Source of the DNA: the human T2T-CHM13v2.0 reference genome, Homo sapiens
Assembly (NCBI RefSeq): GCF_009914755.1
Contig: NC_060930.1
Direction: 5' to 3' (one strand)
DNA: 64,000 nt
Part shown: positions 63,831 to 64,000 of the stretch, one piece after another
How positions within the stretch are numbered: position 1 is the first letter of the stretch
Layout of the letters: each line of letters begins with the position of its first letter
Notes under the pieces: model-generated
The model's database searches: none
Told to the model about the DNA's origin: nothing
What the model saw: the letters and a program-made list of their open reading frames with translations, nothing else
Program-made: the position numbers and the translations under genes

Positions 63831-64000
63831 ACTATCAACTGAGGAAAAGAGGAGAACAAAGCATGCCAATAGAGCAGGAAAGGCAGAATTTCACTAGACG
63901 GAATCTTTTAAAGTCAGGTGGTAGCAAGGCTATGGCAGTGTCTAATTCAGGGGAGGGATGAAGAGACACGTTGGTCAGCATATATTTGACTCCAGATTAC

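Overview
AT-rich primate genomic DNA (AluY is present, so catarrhine, probably human or ape). It looks intergenic or deep-intronic. I found no credible cellular protein-coding gene, RNA gene, CpG island or CRISPR array. More than half of the window is recognisable transposon debris: five Alus, MIRs, L2 and CR1/L3 relics, about 15 solo LTRs (MST, THE1, MLT1, LTR40, LTR16/33-like, MER67-like, MER57/LTR54-like), and a ~21-kb block (18.5-40 kb) of nested minus-strand L1s that includes a 4.7-kb 5'-truncated L1PB1. The only ORF-track peptides I recognise are L1 ORF2/ORF1 remnants and Alu/LTR read-through. Non-repetitive islands carry candidate enhancer-like motif clusters (about 4.1-4.6 kb, 15.26 kb, 27.55 kb, 52.2-52.4 kb) and candidate non-coding exons (minus 16768-16860; plus 50364-50430, 51246-51267, 52279 onward). 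I cannot name the locus and cannot demonstrate a new biological system. Subfamily names come from recalled consensus sequences, and boundaries of old repeats are approximate.
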